A stretch of DNA of 64,000 nucleotides. Source: Candidatus Doudnabacteria bacterium (GTDB taxonomy: Bacteria > Patescibacteriota > Doudnabacteria > UBA920 > O2-02-FULL-48-8). The notes beneath the pieces are model-generated. The model had not been told where the DNA came from. It worked only from the letters and a program-made list of their open reading frames with translations, and ran no database searches. Positions within the stretch are counted from its first letter, which is position 1. Each line of letters begins with the position of its first letter. Both the position numbers and the translations under genes were made by a program. Positions 34,313 through 43,506 of the stretch are shown here, in pieces. Where the stretch lies: contig JANWIA010000024.1 of the NCBI GenBank assembly GCA_025450105.1, positions 229 through 64,228 of the forward strand, in the 5' to 3' direction.

Positions 34313-36388
34313 ATGCCTGAACTAAACGACATCACAGTCTTCGCCAAAACCAGCTTCCGTAACCGGGAAGTGGCTTTTGGCATCCGCAGAGATGACCGCC
34401 GCCGCCATATGTATGTAATTGGAAAAACTGGTATGGGTAAAACCACTCTAATCGAAAATATGGTTATCCAGGACATTCTCAATGGCGAGGGTGTAGCCTT
34501 TGCGGACCCGCACGGCGATTCCGTGGAAAAGGTTTTGAATTACATTCCGTCCAACCGCATCAACGATGTCATTTACTTTAATCCGGCCGATACAGATTTC
34601 CCAATTGCCTTTAATCCGTTAGAAGCGGTTGACCCAAAGTACAAGCATTTGGTGGCATCTGGTTTGATGGGCGTCTTTACCAAAATCTGGGCTGGGGTCT
34701 GGAGCCCGCGCATGGAATATATTTTGAATAACACCATCCTGGCGCTTTTGGATTCTCCGGGCAACACCATGCTTGGTATCGCCCGCATGCTAGTCAACAA
34801 AACTTACCGCAAAAAAATTGTCGATAATATTAAGGATCCGGTTGTCCGGTCTTTCTGGGTCGATGAATTCGCCAATTACAACGATAAGTTCCGAACCGAG
34901 GCTATTGCACCGATCCAAAACAAAGTCGGACAATTTTTGTCATCGGCGATTATCCGTAACATTGTCGGACAAACCAAGAGTACGATTGATTTACGCCAAA
35001 TTATGGATGAACGCAAAATCTTTTTGCTTAATTTATCCAAGGGCCGCATTGGCGAGGACAGTTCGGCGTTGCTCGGAGCCATGATCATCACCAAATTGCA
35101 ATTGGCAGCCATGAGCCGGGTCGATGTACCAGAAGAAGAACGCAAGGATTTTTATTTGTATGTCGACGAATTCCAAAATTTTGCTACGGAATCTTTTGCT
35201 AGTATTTTATCTGAAGCCCGTAAATACCGCTTGAATTTGATTGTCGCCCACCAATATATCAACCAGTTGAGCAACGATAAGAACACCGTTGTCCGCGATG
35301 CGATCTTTGGCAACGTCGGGACATTGATTGTTTTCCGCGTCGGGGCTGATGACGCCGAGTTTCTGGAAAAAGAATTTGAACCGACCTATACTTTGAACGA
35401 TTTACTGAACCTGACCAAGTTCAACATCTATTTAAAATTAATGATCAACGGTGTCGCCTCAACTCCTTTTTCAGCACTGACCTTGCCGCCAATTTCCCAA
35501 CCAACACAAAACGAGGACACCGTGGTTAAGGTTTCGCGGGAACGCTACGGTACCGCCCGGCAAATTGTCGAGGAAAAAATCCACAAGTGGTTAGGTTCCG
35601 AATACCATGCCGAAGCCGCCCGTGTGGAAAGCGATTCGGTTAACGAAGATGATGCCCAGGAAAGTTTCCGGTTCAAGGAGCAAGTAAAACTGGATACCAA
35701 AACCGGTATGCCGGTTGCTGAAACTTTGAACCGCCCGGACCAAGTTACACCTTCAGCTCCTATGGCAGCTCCAAAACCTGCAACTCCTGTGCCTCCAAAA
35801 CCTGCAACGCCGCCACCCGCAGCTCGACCAATAGTACCTCCACCAAAACCAGTACCGCCGCGGCCAGCACAGCCAAAGGTAGAACGACCCCCAGAACAAC
35901 GTCCACAACAACAACCCGAACGCCGACAGCTTGAACGGAGATTCAAGCAGTCTTCTTCGCATCCGCAACGCCGCAGCACGGACAGGCAAAGCGAAAGACC
36001 AAAGCCTAAATCCAATAATCCGGTATGGGAAACAGTCAATAAACTTTCCCAGGACAAGCTTAAAGAAAGTGTTGAAAAGACTAACAGTGCTTTAGAATCA
36101 ATTAGTAAAACCTTAGAAACCTCCTTAAAAACGGAATTAAAAAAGGTAGAGGTCAACAAACCGGAACCGTGGCCAGAACCGGAACAAAGGATTTGGGAAC
36201 CAACACCAGAGCCAATGCCAACTATCCCTGAAGAGCAAGAGCAGGATAATGATCCATTCCCACCCGGCGGCAATGCACAGAGTCATTTGACTATGATTCC
36301 GCATAAAGACCACCCAGGAATAGCAGATGCCCTAAAAAAGGTCCCTAAGTTATCAAAAGTAAAACCGGGCGACAAGATTAAACTCTAA
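34313..36388 (+). CDS. VirD4/TraD/FtsK-HerA-like P-loop ATPase with Pro-rich low-complexity C-terminal tail
   Basis: Walker A is IGKTGMGKTT and Walker B is FYLYVDEFQNF. The tail contains PAPKPATPVPPKPATPPPAARP repeats. Confidence 0.6.
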   Translation: MPELNDITVFAKTSFRNREVAFGIRRDDRRRHMYVIGKTGMGKTTLIENMVIQDILNGEGVAFADPHGDSVEKVLNYIPSNRINDVIYFNPADTDFPIAFNPLEAVDPKYKHLVASGLMGVFTKIWAGVWSPRMEYILNNTILALLDSPGNTMLGIARMLVNKTYRKKIVDNIKDPVVRSFWVDEFANYNDKFRTEAIAPIQNKVGQFLSSAIIRNIVGQTKSTIDLRQIMDERKIFLLNLSKGRIGEDSSALLGAMIITKLQLAAMSRVDVPEEERKDFYLYVDEFQNFATESFASILSEARKYRLNLIVAHQYINQLSNDKNTVVRDAIFGNVGTLIVFRVGADDAEFLEKEFEPTYTLNDLLNLTKFNIYLKLMINGVASTPFSALTLPPISQPTQNEDTVVKVSRERYGTARQIVEEKIHKWLGSEYHAEAARVESDSVNEDDAQESFRFKEQVKLDTKTGMPVAETLNRPDQVTPSAPMAAPKPATPVPPKPATPPPAARPIVPPPKPVPPRPAQPKVERPPEQRPQQQPERRQLERRFKQSSSHPQRRSTDRQSERPKPKSNNPVWETVNKLSQDKLKESVEKTNSALESISKTLETSLKTELKKVEVNKPEPWPEPEQRIWEPTPEPMPTIPEEQEQDNDPFPPGGNAQSHLTMIPHKDHPGIADALKKVPKLSKVKPGDKIKL

Positions 36389-36394
36389 ACAAAA

Positions 36395-36421
36395 GGGTCA
36401 CTCAGATTAGGGTGACCCTTT
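36395..36421 (+). terminator. Intrinsic terminator AAAGGGTCAC-tcagattag-GGTGACCCTTT
   Basis: The hairpin is perfect. Confidence 0.75.
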
Positions 36422-36454
36422 CGAATTCTGCCCAAATTTGTTAGACTATCGTTT

Positions 36455-37546
36455 ATGAAAAAGTCAGCCAATAAAACCGTTGTCGTGGGAATGAGTGGGG
36501 GAGTTGATTCCTCTGTGACTGCTGCGCTGCTCAAAGAGCAGGGCTATGATGTTATTGGCATCTTCATGAAAAATTGGAGCGAGGATTTTGAAAATTTTGG
36601 TTGCACTTGGGCGGAAGATTCGGAAGATGCCCGTAAGGTTGCCAAGGTTTTGGACATTCCTTTTTACATTTGGAATTTCGAAAAGGAATATTACGATAAG
36701 GTTGTGGAATATTTTTTGCATGAATACAAAGCCGGTCGAACCCCGAATCCGGATGTCATGTGCAATTCCGAAATAAAATTTAAAGTTTTTTTGGAAAAGG
36801 CTTTGGCACTTGGTGCCGACTATGTGGCAACCGGGCATTATGCCAGGGTCAGCGAAAAGCGGAATGCGGAAGGCGAAAATTACTTTGCTTTACTCAAGGG
36901 TATTGATCCGGCCAAGGACCAAAGCTACTTTTTGTATACTCTTAAACAGTACCAGTTGGCCAAGATTATGTTCCCGATTGGCGACAAGAAGAAATCCGAA
37001 GTGCGTGAGCTAGCTCAAACATTTAATTTGCCAAATGCGGCAAAAAAAGATTCCCAGGGCATTTGTTTTATCGGTAAAATCAATGTAGGCGCATTTTTGC
37101 GTGAGAAAATCAAAGCCCGCGCCGGGGAAATTGTCACGTCCAGCGGACAAGTCATCGGCAACCACGAAGGTTTGCCATTCTACACCATTGGCCAACGCGA
37201 AGGCATTGGTATTGGTGGTACAGGACCCTATTATGTGGTCAGTAAGAATTTTGAATCCAACCAACTTCTTGTTAGTAACGATAAAAATGATTCCGGTTTA
37301 TGGAAAAGTGACTTTATAGTTACGGATATAAGCTGGACACATAAGGCCCCGAAATTACCTTTAAATGCAGGCGTTTCGATCCGTTATCATCACCCCGACT
37401 ATCCAGCCTTGATAAATTCCCAAAAAGGTGCTAATATTAGTGTCAGATTTGACGTACCTCAACGTGCGATAACGCCAGGTCAGTCAGCCGTGTTTTACCA
37501 GGGCGATGAACTGATTGGCGGCGGAGTAATCGACGCAATTTCATAG
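36455..37546 (+). CDS. mnmA: tRNA-specific 2-thiouridylase
   Basis: A PP-loop (VVVGMSGGVDSSV) is present and the length is typical. Confidence 0.9.
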   Translation: MKKSANKTVVVGMSGGVDSSVTAALLKEQGYDVIGIFMKNWSEDFENFGCTWAEDSEDARKVAKVLDIPFYIWNFEKEYYDKVVEYFLHEYKAGRTPNPDVMCNSEIKFKVFLEKALALGADYVATGHYARVSEKRNAEGENYFALLKGIDPAKDQSYFLYTLKQYQLAKIMFPIGDKKKSEVRELAQTFNLPNAAKKDSQGICFIGKINVGAFLREKIKARAGEIVTSSGQVIGNHEGLPFYTIGQREGIGIGGTGPYYVVSKNFESNQLLVSNDKNDSGLWKSDFIVTDISWTHKAPKLPLNAGVSIRYHHPDYPALINSQKGANISVRFDVPQRAITPGQSAVFYQGDELIGGGVIDAIS

Positions 37547-37557
37547 GGGGAATAACT

Positions 37558-37773
37558 ATGCCTGACCGGGTTTCGCGCAAGCCTCAACCGGTAAGCTATC
37601 CGGTTGGGCCAAGAGTCGGTTTCGGCGAACTGCTTCGGCAAGTGCCGACCACACCGACTGCAGAACAACTGCAAGAACTTTCCTGGGAAGGAAACGGACT
37701 CCCGCCCGCGCCCGGATACAAACACACTCCGGACGAGATGTTCGTCCTCCCAGTCCCGCGCCGGTTGATGTGA
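37558..37773 (+). CDS. Small Pro-rich protein (71 aa), hypothetical, GC-rich
   Basis: A GGGGGAA SD-like sequence lies 5 nt upstream. The gene sits between two strong terminators. Confidence 0.35.
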   Translation: MPDRVSRKPQPVSYPVGPRVGFGELLRQVPTTPTAEQLQELSWEGNGLPPAPGYKHTPDEMFVLPVPRRLM

Positions 37774-37804
37774 CCTGTTCCTGCCCGGAAGCGGTCACCA
37801 ATGA

Positions 37805-37876
37805 GGCTCTAGCAATGTGCTAGAGCCTCTTCTTTTTGTCTAAAAAACCCTGACCGATTTGGTCAGGGTTTTTAAG
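37805..37876. terminator. Two back-to-back intrinsic terminators
   Basis: The first is GAGGCTCTAGCA-atgt-GCTAGAGCCTC plus a T-run. The second is AAAAACCCTGACC-gattt-GGTCAGGGTTTTT. Confidence 0.8.
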
Positions 37877-37884
37877 TTTAGTTA

Positions 37885-39879
37885 TTAAACCAGTAATCCA
37901 ATGATCAATAAGGCGACAATATTTATAATCTTAATCATAGGATTTATGGCTGGGCCGGCAGTGTCTTTGTACGGATCGCCGACAGTATCACCGGTAACTG
38001 CGGCCTGATGCGCAAAAGATTTTTTGCCGCCATAATTGCCGTCTTCAATATATTTTTTTGCGTTGTCCCAAGCGGCTCCACCGGAAGTCATGGAAATAGC
38101 TACGAACAATCCGGTGACGATGGACCCAACGAGTAATCCGCCCAAAGCTTGAATGCCCAAGAACGGGGTGATGGCAACGAGAATCGGCACGGCAACCGGA
38201 ATCAAGGCTGGGATAATCATTTCCTTAATCGCGGCTTTGGTGACAATATCAACGGCGCGGCCATAATCTGGTTTGGTTGTGCCTTCCATAATACCTTTCA
38301 TTTCGCGGAATTGGCGGCGGACTTCTTCAACAACAGCGTGACCGGCTTTACCAACGGCTTGCATGGCAATGGAGCTGAACAAATATGGAAGTAAGCCTCC
38401 AATTAGTAATCCGGCCAATACTTTAACGTTGGATAAATCAAAAACTGTTGGTACGCCAAGTTTATTTAATTCTTCGGTGTAGGAAGCGAACAAGACAACT
38501 GCGGCCAAACCGGCAGAAGCAATGGCATAACCTTTTGTCACGGCTTTGGTGGTGTTACCAACGGCATCGAGCGCATCAGTTGATTTGCGGACATCATCTG
38601 GCAAACCGGCCATCTCGGCAATGCCGCCGGCGTTGTCAGTGATTGGGCCGAACGAATCAATGGCTACAATGATACCGGTCATGGACAACATTGAGACAAC
38701 AGCAATGGCTGAGCCATAAAGTCCGGCATAGTGGTAGGAAACTAAAATTCCACCGAGGATGGCTAAGACAGGCAATGCAGTGGATTGCATGGAAACTGCG
38801 AGTCCGGTGATGATGTTAGTGCCGTGGCCGGTTGTGGACGATTCGGCAATAGAACGAACCGGTCGGAAACTTTTTGAGGTATAGTAATCGGTAATGACAA
38901 CCATGGCTCCAGTGACAACTAAACCAACTAAGGTTGAGTAGAATAATCCCATTGCTGTGGCACCATCAAACAATTGGCTAGTGATGTAGTAAAAGGCAAT
39001 TGCGGCAAGGACGGCCGAGGCAATTAAACCTTTGTAGAGTGCGGTCATGATCGCAGTTCCAGACAGTCGAACAAAGAACGAGCCAATGATTGACGCAAAA
39101 ATTGAAACGGCACCAAGAGCTAACGGATAGAGCAGGTAAACCGGGTTGCCCGGGAATAAAATGCTGCCGAGCAACATTGCGGCAACTGTGGTTACGGCGT
39201 AGGTTTCGAAAAGGTCAGCGGCCATACCAGCACAGTCACCAACGTTGTCACCGACCAAGTCGGCAATAACAGCGGGGTTACGCGGGTCATCTTCTGGAAT
39301 TCCGGCTTCAATTTTTCCAACCAAATCCGCGCCAACGTCAGCGCCTTTGGTAAAGATACCGCCGCCCAAACGGGCAAAAACGGAAATCAAACTGGAACCG
39401 AATGCCAAACCTACCATGGCGGCAATGTCCATACTCCAGGCGTAAAACAATGATACGGAAAGTAATCCAAGCCCGACGACAAACAAACCGGTCACGGCAC
39501 CGCCCTTAAACGCTAAATCAAAAGCCTGGCTCAAACCACTCTTGGCTGCTTCGGCAGTGCGCAAATTGGCTCGAACCGAAACGTGCATGCCGACATATCC
39601 GGCCAAGGCCGAGGCAACAGCGCCGATCAAAAATCCTAAAGCAGTATTGAATCCTAAAAGGTACCAAATAACCAAAACCAAAATCACTGCAACAATGGCC
39701 ACGGTTTTGTATTGGCGGGCAAGGTAAGCAGTGGCGCCTTCCTGAATAGCATCGGCAATGCGCTTCATGTTGGCATCGCCAGTCGGCTTTTTAAGCAACC
39801 ATGAAATAATAAAAATTCCGTACAACAATGCGGCTGCACCGGCAACCACGGACAACCAAATGATACTCGATTCTGTCAT
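37885..39879 (-). CDS. hppA: Membrane-bound proton/sodium-translocating pyrophosphatase
   Basis: The 664-aa polytopic protein has GGG/DNVGD motifs. Confidence 0.9.
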   Translation of the reverse strand: MTESSIIWLSVVAGAAALLYGIFIISWLLKKPTGDANMKRIADAIQEGATAYLARQYKTVAIVAVILVLVIWYLLGFNTALGFLIGAVASALAGYVGMHVSVRANLRTAEAAKSGLSQAFDLAFKGGAVTGLFVVGLGLLSVSLFYAWSMDIAAMVGLAFGSSLISVFARLGGGIFTKGADVGADLVGKIEAGIPEDDPRNPAVIADLVGDNVGDCAGMAADLFETYAVTTVAAMLLGSILFPGNPVYLLYPLALGAVSIFASIIGSFFVRLSGTAIMTALYKGLIASAVLAAIAFYYITSQLFDGATAMGLFYSTLVGLVVTGAMVVITDYYTSKSFRPVRSIAESSTTGHGTNIITGLAVSMQSTALPVLAILGGILVSYHYAGLYGSAIAVVSMLSMTGIIVAIDSFGPITDNAGGIAEMAGLPDDVRKSTDALDAVGNTTKAVTKGYAIASAGLAAVVLFASYTEELNKLGVPTVFDLSNVKVLAGLLIGGLLPYLFSSIAMQAVGKAGHAVVEEVRRQFREMKGIMEGTTKPDYGRAVDIVTKAAIKEMIIPALIPVAVPILVAITPFLGIQALGGLLVGSIVTGLFVAISMTSGGAAWDNAKKYIEDGNYGGKKSFAHQAAVTGDTVGDPYKDTAGPAINPMIKIINIVALLIIGLLV

Positions 39880-40013
39880 AACAAATGATTAGTTAATTAA
39901 ATAAGCTTCGTAACGAAGCTGAGACAATTATATAGCAAATCCCCAATAAATTCAAATAAGGATTGTTGACCAAACGGTAATAAAAACGTATACTTATCCT
40001 CGTTGTAAAATTT

Positions 40014-41474
40014 ATGAACGAATCAGTAATTTTAAGATTTTCAGACGTCACTTTTGAATACATCCACGACAAACCTCTATTGGAAGAGGCCAGCTTTAGC
40101 GTGCGTAGTGGTAGTCGTGTTACTTTGATGGGACAAAATGGCGCGGGTAAAAGCACGTTGTTTAAGATGATCACCGGGGAGACTAAACCGCACGAGGGTG
40201 CAATTTACATGACTCCGAACGATGCGACCATTGCCATTGCCCGCCAAGTCATGCCGCAGGAGTCAATGGATTTAACCATCCGAGAATATTTTGCCACGGC
40301 GTTTAAGGAAAAGAAATATGATTTGGATAAACTAATCAAGGAAGTTTTTGAAGTCGTGAACGTTAACTTGCCGTTAGAGAAAATTGTTCGGGAATTATCC
40401 GGCGGCCAGCAGGCGCGATTATTGTTAGCTCATGCTTTGATTCAGAATCCGGATATCTTATTACTTGATGAGCCCACAAATAATTTGGATCAGGGCGGTA
40501 TTGAACACTTGACCGGATTTTTGATGATGTACGAAAAAACCGTGATTGTCATTTCCCACGATGCTGATTTTTTGAACGCTTTTAGCGACGGCGTTATTTA
40601 CCTCGATGTTTTTACTCATAAGATTGAGCAATACACCGGTAACTATTACGATGTGGTTGAAGAAATCAAGAATCGAATTGAACGCGAAAATTTGCAGAAC
40701 GCCCGTATGCAAACACAAATCAAGGAGAAGCGCGCACAAGCAGAAGTCTTTGCCCATAAGGGAGGTAAGCTTCGTGCGGTAGCTAAGCGTATGCGTGAGG
40801 CTGCAGAAGAAGCTGAAGAAGGTATGGTCAGTGTCCGCCAGGAAGACCGCACCATTCGCGAATTCGATATTCCGTCCCAGGAGTTTGATAAATTTTTCGA
40901 CGGCAAAGTATTAGAATTTACTTCTGTTTCGTCTTTCGTCAACCACAAGGAAGTGAAGAAAGAAATGGAATTGACTGTCCGAAAAGGGGAGCATGTCCTG
41001 ATTACCGGACCAAACGGCATTGGTAAAAGCACAATGTTAGAAAAATTAGCCCAAGGTAAAGGATCCGGATTTACACTCGTCAAGGACGTGAAGATTGGTT
41101 ACTACAAACAGGATTTTAGTAATTTTGATTTTGAACAAACTGCTTATGATGCGCTGAAAGACGTTATGCCAAAACATGATGACCAAGAGTTGCGTTCTAC
41201 TGCAGCAGGATTCTTATTGGATGGCAAATTGCTTGCGAGCCCGATTGGGTCGTTGTCTGAAGGCCAAAAAGGATTATTGTCCTTCTGTCGGTTGAAACTT
41301 CTTAAGCCAGGACTCTTGATACTGGACGAGCCTACTAACCACATCAATTTTCGCCACTTACCAATTATTGCTAAAGCCCTAAGTGATTTCGATGGCACAA
41401 TGGTAATGGTTTCCCACATCCCGGAATTTGTTAAGCAAATCCATATCGATCATACAGTCGATCTTTTAAATTGA
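40014..41474 (+). CDS. ABC-F family ATPase (two ABC domains, no transmembrane segment)
   Basis: There are two Walker A sites (GQNGAGKST and GPNGIGKST) and two signature motifs. Confidence 0.85.
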   Translation: MNESVILRFSDVTFEYIHDKPLLEEASFSVRSGSRVTLMGQNGAGKSTLFKMITGETKPHEGAIYMTPNDATIAIARQVMPQESMDLTIREYFATAFKEKKYDLDKLIKEVFEVVNVNLPLEKIVRELSGGQQARLLLAHALIQNPDILLLDEPTNNLDQGGIEHLTGFLMMYEKTVIVISHDADFLNAFSDGVIYLDVFTHKIEQYTGNYYDVVEEIKNRIERENLQNARMQTQIKEKRAQAEVFAHKGGKLRAVAKRMREAAEEAEEGMVSVRQEDRTIREFDIPSQEFDKFFDGKVLEFTSVSSFVNHKEVKKEMELTVRKGEHVLITGPNGIGKSTMLEKLAQGKGSGFTLVKDVKIGYYKQDFSNFDFEQTAYDALKDVMPKHDDQELRSTAAGFLLDGKLLASPIGSLSEGQKGLLSFCRLKLLKPGLLILDEPTNHINFRHLPIIAKALSDFDGTMVMVSHIPEFVKQIHIDHTVDLLN

Positions 41475-41523
41475 ATAGTTTAGTGAAAATTCGTATAATT
41501 ATATAGCCTTTAATCAGATATCA

Positions 41524-41598
41524 TGGGGAGTAGCCAAGCGGTAAGGCAACGGACTCTGAATCCGTCATTCGAAGGTTCGATCCCTTCCTCCCCAGCCA
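41524..41598 (+). tRNA. tRNA-Gln (anticodon CUG)
   Basis: The cloverleaf has a U1-A72 acceptor stem, anticodon loop CUCUGAA, T-loop TTCGATC and an encoded CCA. Confidence 0.8.
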
Positions 41599-41628
41599 AA
41601 AAATCATCACGGAAACGTGGTGGTTTTT

Positions 41629-42114
41629 TTAACAAAAAAAACTGCCAAAACCTGGGTAGGCTTTGGCAGTGTGGGTCATCTTGTCGTGGTCCACGGAGTT
41701 GAGGTAACGCACTAGGACCCAGTACCATCTATTGGCCTCATCTGGATCTCCGTTGGGATCAACGACCTTGATTTTTTGTCCTCTTTTGTTGTAGATGATT
41801 GCCCTCTCCAGCGTAACGTCCTCGATTGGAACAGGTAGGCCTGGCACGCGAGTTACGGTAACGCTGTACCAAAAGACCACGCCGCCCTTGTCGTGAAGGT
41901 TCTTGATCAGGCCGGTTTTGTGTCTGGTGGTTTTCATCCCACCATAGTAGGTAAACGGATCGATGAGCAGGTTCCTGACGTCGATCGGGGAAATCTTGGG
42001 CGCTTGAACCTGAACGGGTTTGGGTCGATTTGTCAGTTGGCTGACTCTCGGAGGTATGAGAAGTAGGCTCGCGACCAGGAATCCGAACATGAACACCACG
42101 TGGGATCGGTTCAT
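41629..42114 (-). CDS. Secreted or membrane-anchored hypothetical protein (161 aa), GC-rich
   Basis: An N-terminal hydrophobic segment is present. An AAGGAGG SD and a TTGACG-N17-TAGCAT promoter lie upstream. Confidence 0.5.
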   Translation of the reverse strand: MNRSHVVFMFGFLVASLLLIPPRVSQLTNRPKPVQVQAPKISPIDVRNLLIDPFTYYGGMKTTRHKTGLIKNLHDKGGVVFWYSVTVTRVPGLPVPIEDVTLERAIIYNKRGQKIKVVDPNGDPDEANRWYWVLVRYLNSVDHDKMTHTAKAYPGFGSFFC

Positions 42115-42137
42115 CGCATCCTCCTTATTCTGAACCT

Positions 42138-42166
42138 ATGCTAAGCTTTCAAAAAATTTTCGTCAA
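42138..42166 (-). promoter_or_regulatory. Promoter TTGACG-N17-TAGCAT (minus strand)
   Basis: The architecture matches the promoters at 13464-13495 and 23344-23372. Confidence 0.55.
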
Positions 42167-42207
42167 ACTTTAATCATGCTATAATTGGTCTACTTAACCC
42201 CACAAAC

Positions 42208-42477
42208 ATGTTTGGACAGCTCAAGGATATGTATAATTTGCGGAAACAGGCCCAAGAGATGCAAAAAATTATGGCCCAGGAAAGAGTCACTGGGTACTCT
42301 AACGACAAAACTTTTAGTATTGTATTAAATGGCAACCAGGAATTGCTCGAAGTCAACATTTCTCCTGAAATTAATTTGTCCCAACCGGAAATAGAAAAGA
42401 ACATTAAAGAAGCGTATGCCGATGCCCAGCAACAGTTGCGCTCGTTGATGGCCACTAAACTGCAAGGAATGATGTAA
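42208..42477 (+). CDS. ybaB: Nucleoid-associated protein YbaB/EbfC
   Basis: The 89-aa protein has a characteristic N-terminus. Confidence 0.8.
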   Translation: MFGQLKDMYNLRKQAQEMQKIMAQERVTGYSNDKTFSIVLNGNQELLEVNISPEINLSQPEIEKNIKEAYADAQQQLRSLMATKLQGMM

Positions 42478-42517
42478 TCACCGCCGAAAGGCGGTTTTAA
42501 AATGGTATAATTTAACT

Positions 42518-43468
42518 ATGCTTTTAAGTATAGTTATTTTTGTTGCCGCGCTTGTTTTGCTCTGGAAAGCGGCAGAATTGACCATTAAGGGAATCGAGAA
42601 ACTTTCTCGAAGCACTAAAGTCTCGTCTTTTGCCGCGTCCTTTTTGATTTTGGGAATTTTAACCTCGATTTCTGAAATTTCTGTTGGTGTAAACGCGCTG
42701 CTCGATAACACTCCAGAAGTTTTTGTGGGGAATTTAATCGGTGGTTCGTTTGTCCTCCTGCTTTTGATCATCCCAATCCTTGCAATTTTTAATAAAGGTG
42801 TGGTGCTCAAGAACCACCTTAATAAAGACCGCTTACTTTTCTTTTTGCTGTTACTGATCGCGCCAATGTTAGTAGCACTCGATGGAACGGTGACGCGCGC
42901 CAATGCAATTTTTATTTTGATTTTGTATGCACTGTTTGTTTATGTTTTTCAAAAGAATGAAGGGGTAGGGGACCGCATCAATTTTGAAAAACTAAACACA
43001 AAACTTGTCCTTGTAAATTTAACCAGAGTTGTGTTTGGAGCTGCCCTAATATTTATTGCCAGTCGGTTTTTGGTTGACCAAACGGTGAGCATTGCCACTG
43101 CAATCGGCATCCCATCTTTTTTGCTGAGCTTGTTGATCCTATCGCTGGGGACGAATCTTCCGGAATTGGTTATTACCATTGAATCTATTAAGCGTCGCCG
43201 TTCGGACATTGCCTTTGGGGATTATGTCGGTTCAGCTGCTGCAAATTCCATGCTCTTCGGGGTCTTTAGTTTGATCCACGGAACTTTTTCGGTGCCGACC
43301 AAGGGATTCTCACTGATTTTTTGGATTATGCTTATAGGGTACGTTTTCTTTTTCAAGTTCGGGAAATCAAAAAACCAAATTTCTGGCGCCGAAGGAATAT
43401 TGCTGATTTTAATCTACGTTTTGTTCTTGCTGACCCAAACAACGGAAATTATTTTATTCGCCAACTAA
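42518..43468 (+). CDS. Sodium/calcium exchanger (CaCA family) membrane protein
   Basis: Two alpha-repeat motifs are present (GNLIGGS and GTNLPELVIT). Confidence 0.8.
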   Translation: MLLSIVIFVAALVLLWKAAELTIKGIEKLSRSTKVSSFAASFLILGILTSISEISVGVNALLDNTPEVFVGNLIGGSFVLLLLIIPILAIFNKGVVLKNHLNKDRLLFFLLLLIAPMLVALDGTVTRANAIFILILYALFVYVFQKNEGVGDRINFEKLNTKLVLVNLTRVVFGAALIFIASRFLVDQTVSIATAIGIPSFLLSLLILSLGTNLPELVITIESIKRRRSDIAFGDYVGSAAANSMLFGVFSLIHGTFSVPTKGFSLIFWIMLIGYVFFFKFGKSKNQISGAEGILLILIYVLFLLTQTTEIILFAN

Positions 43469-43506
43469 TTGGCTAAAAATGTTATAATGAACCGCAAGGA
43501 GCACTA

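Noticed and set aside
35545-36273. A 242-aa minus-strand ORF antisense to the ATPase C-terminal tail.
   Set aside because: It is an artefact of the Pro-rich, low-complexity coding sequence on the plus strand. There is no start context.
41640-41668. The hairpin CTGCCAAA-acctgggtagg-CTTTGGCAG after tRNA-Gln, considered as a tRNA terminator.
   Set aside because: It lies inside the 3' end of the minus-strand 161-aa ORF (encoding ...AKAYPGFGSFFC). It may act as a terminator for that gene, but assignment to the tRNA is ambiguous, so it is not listed as a separate feature.
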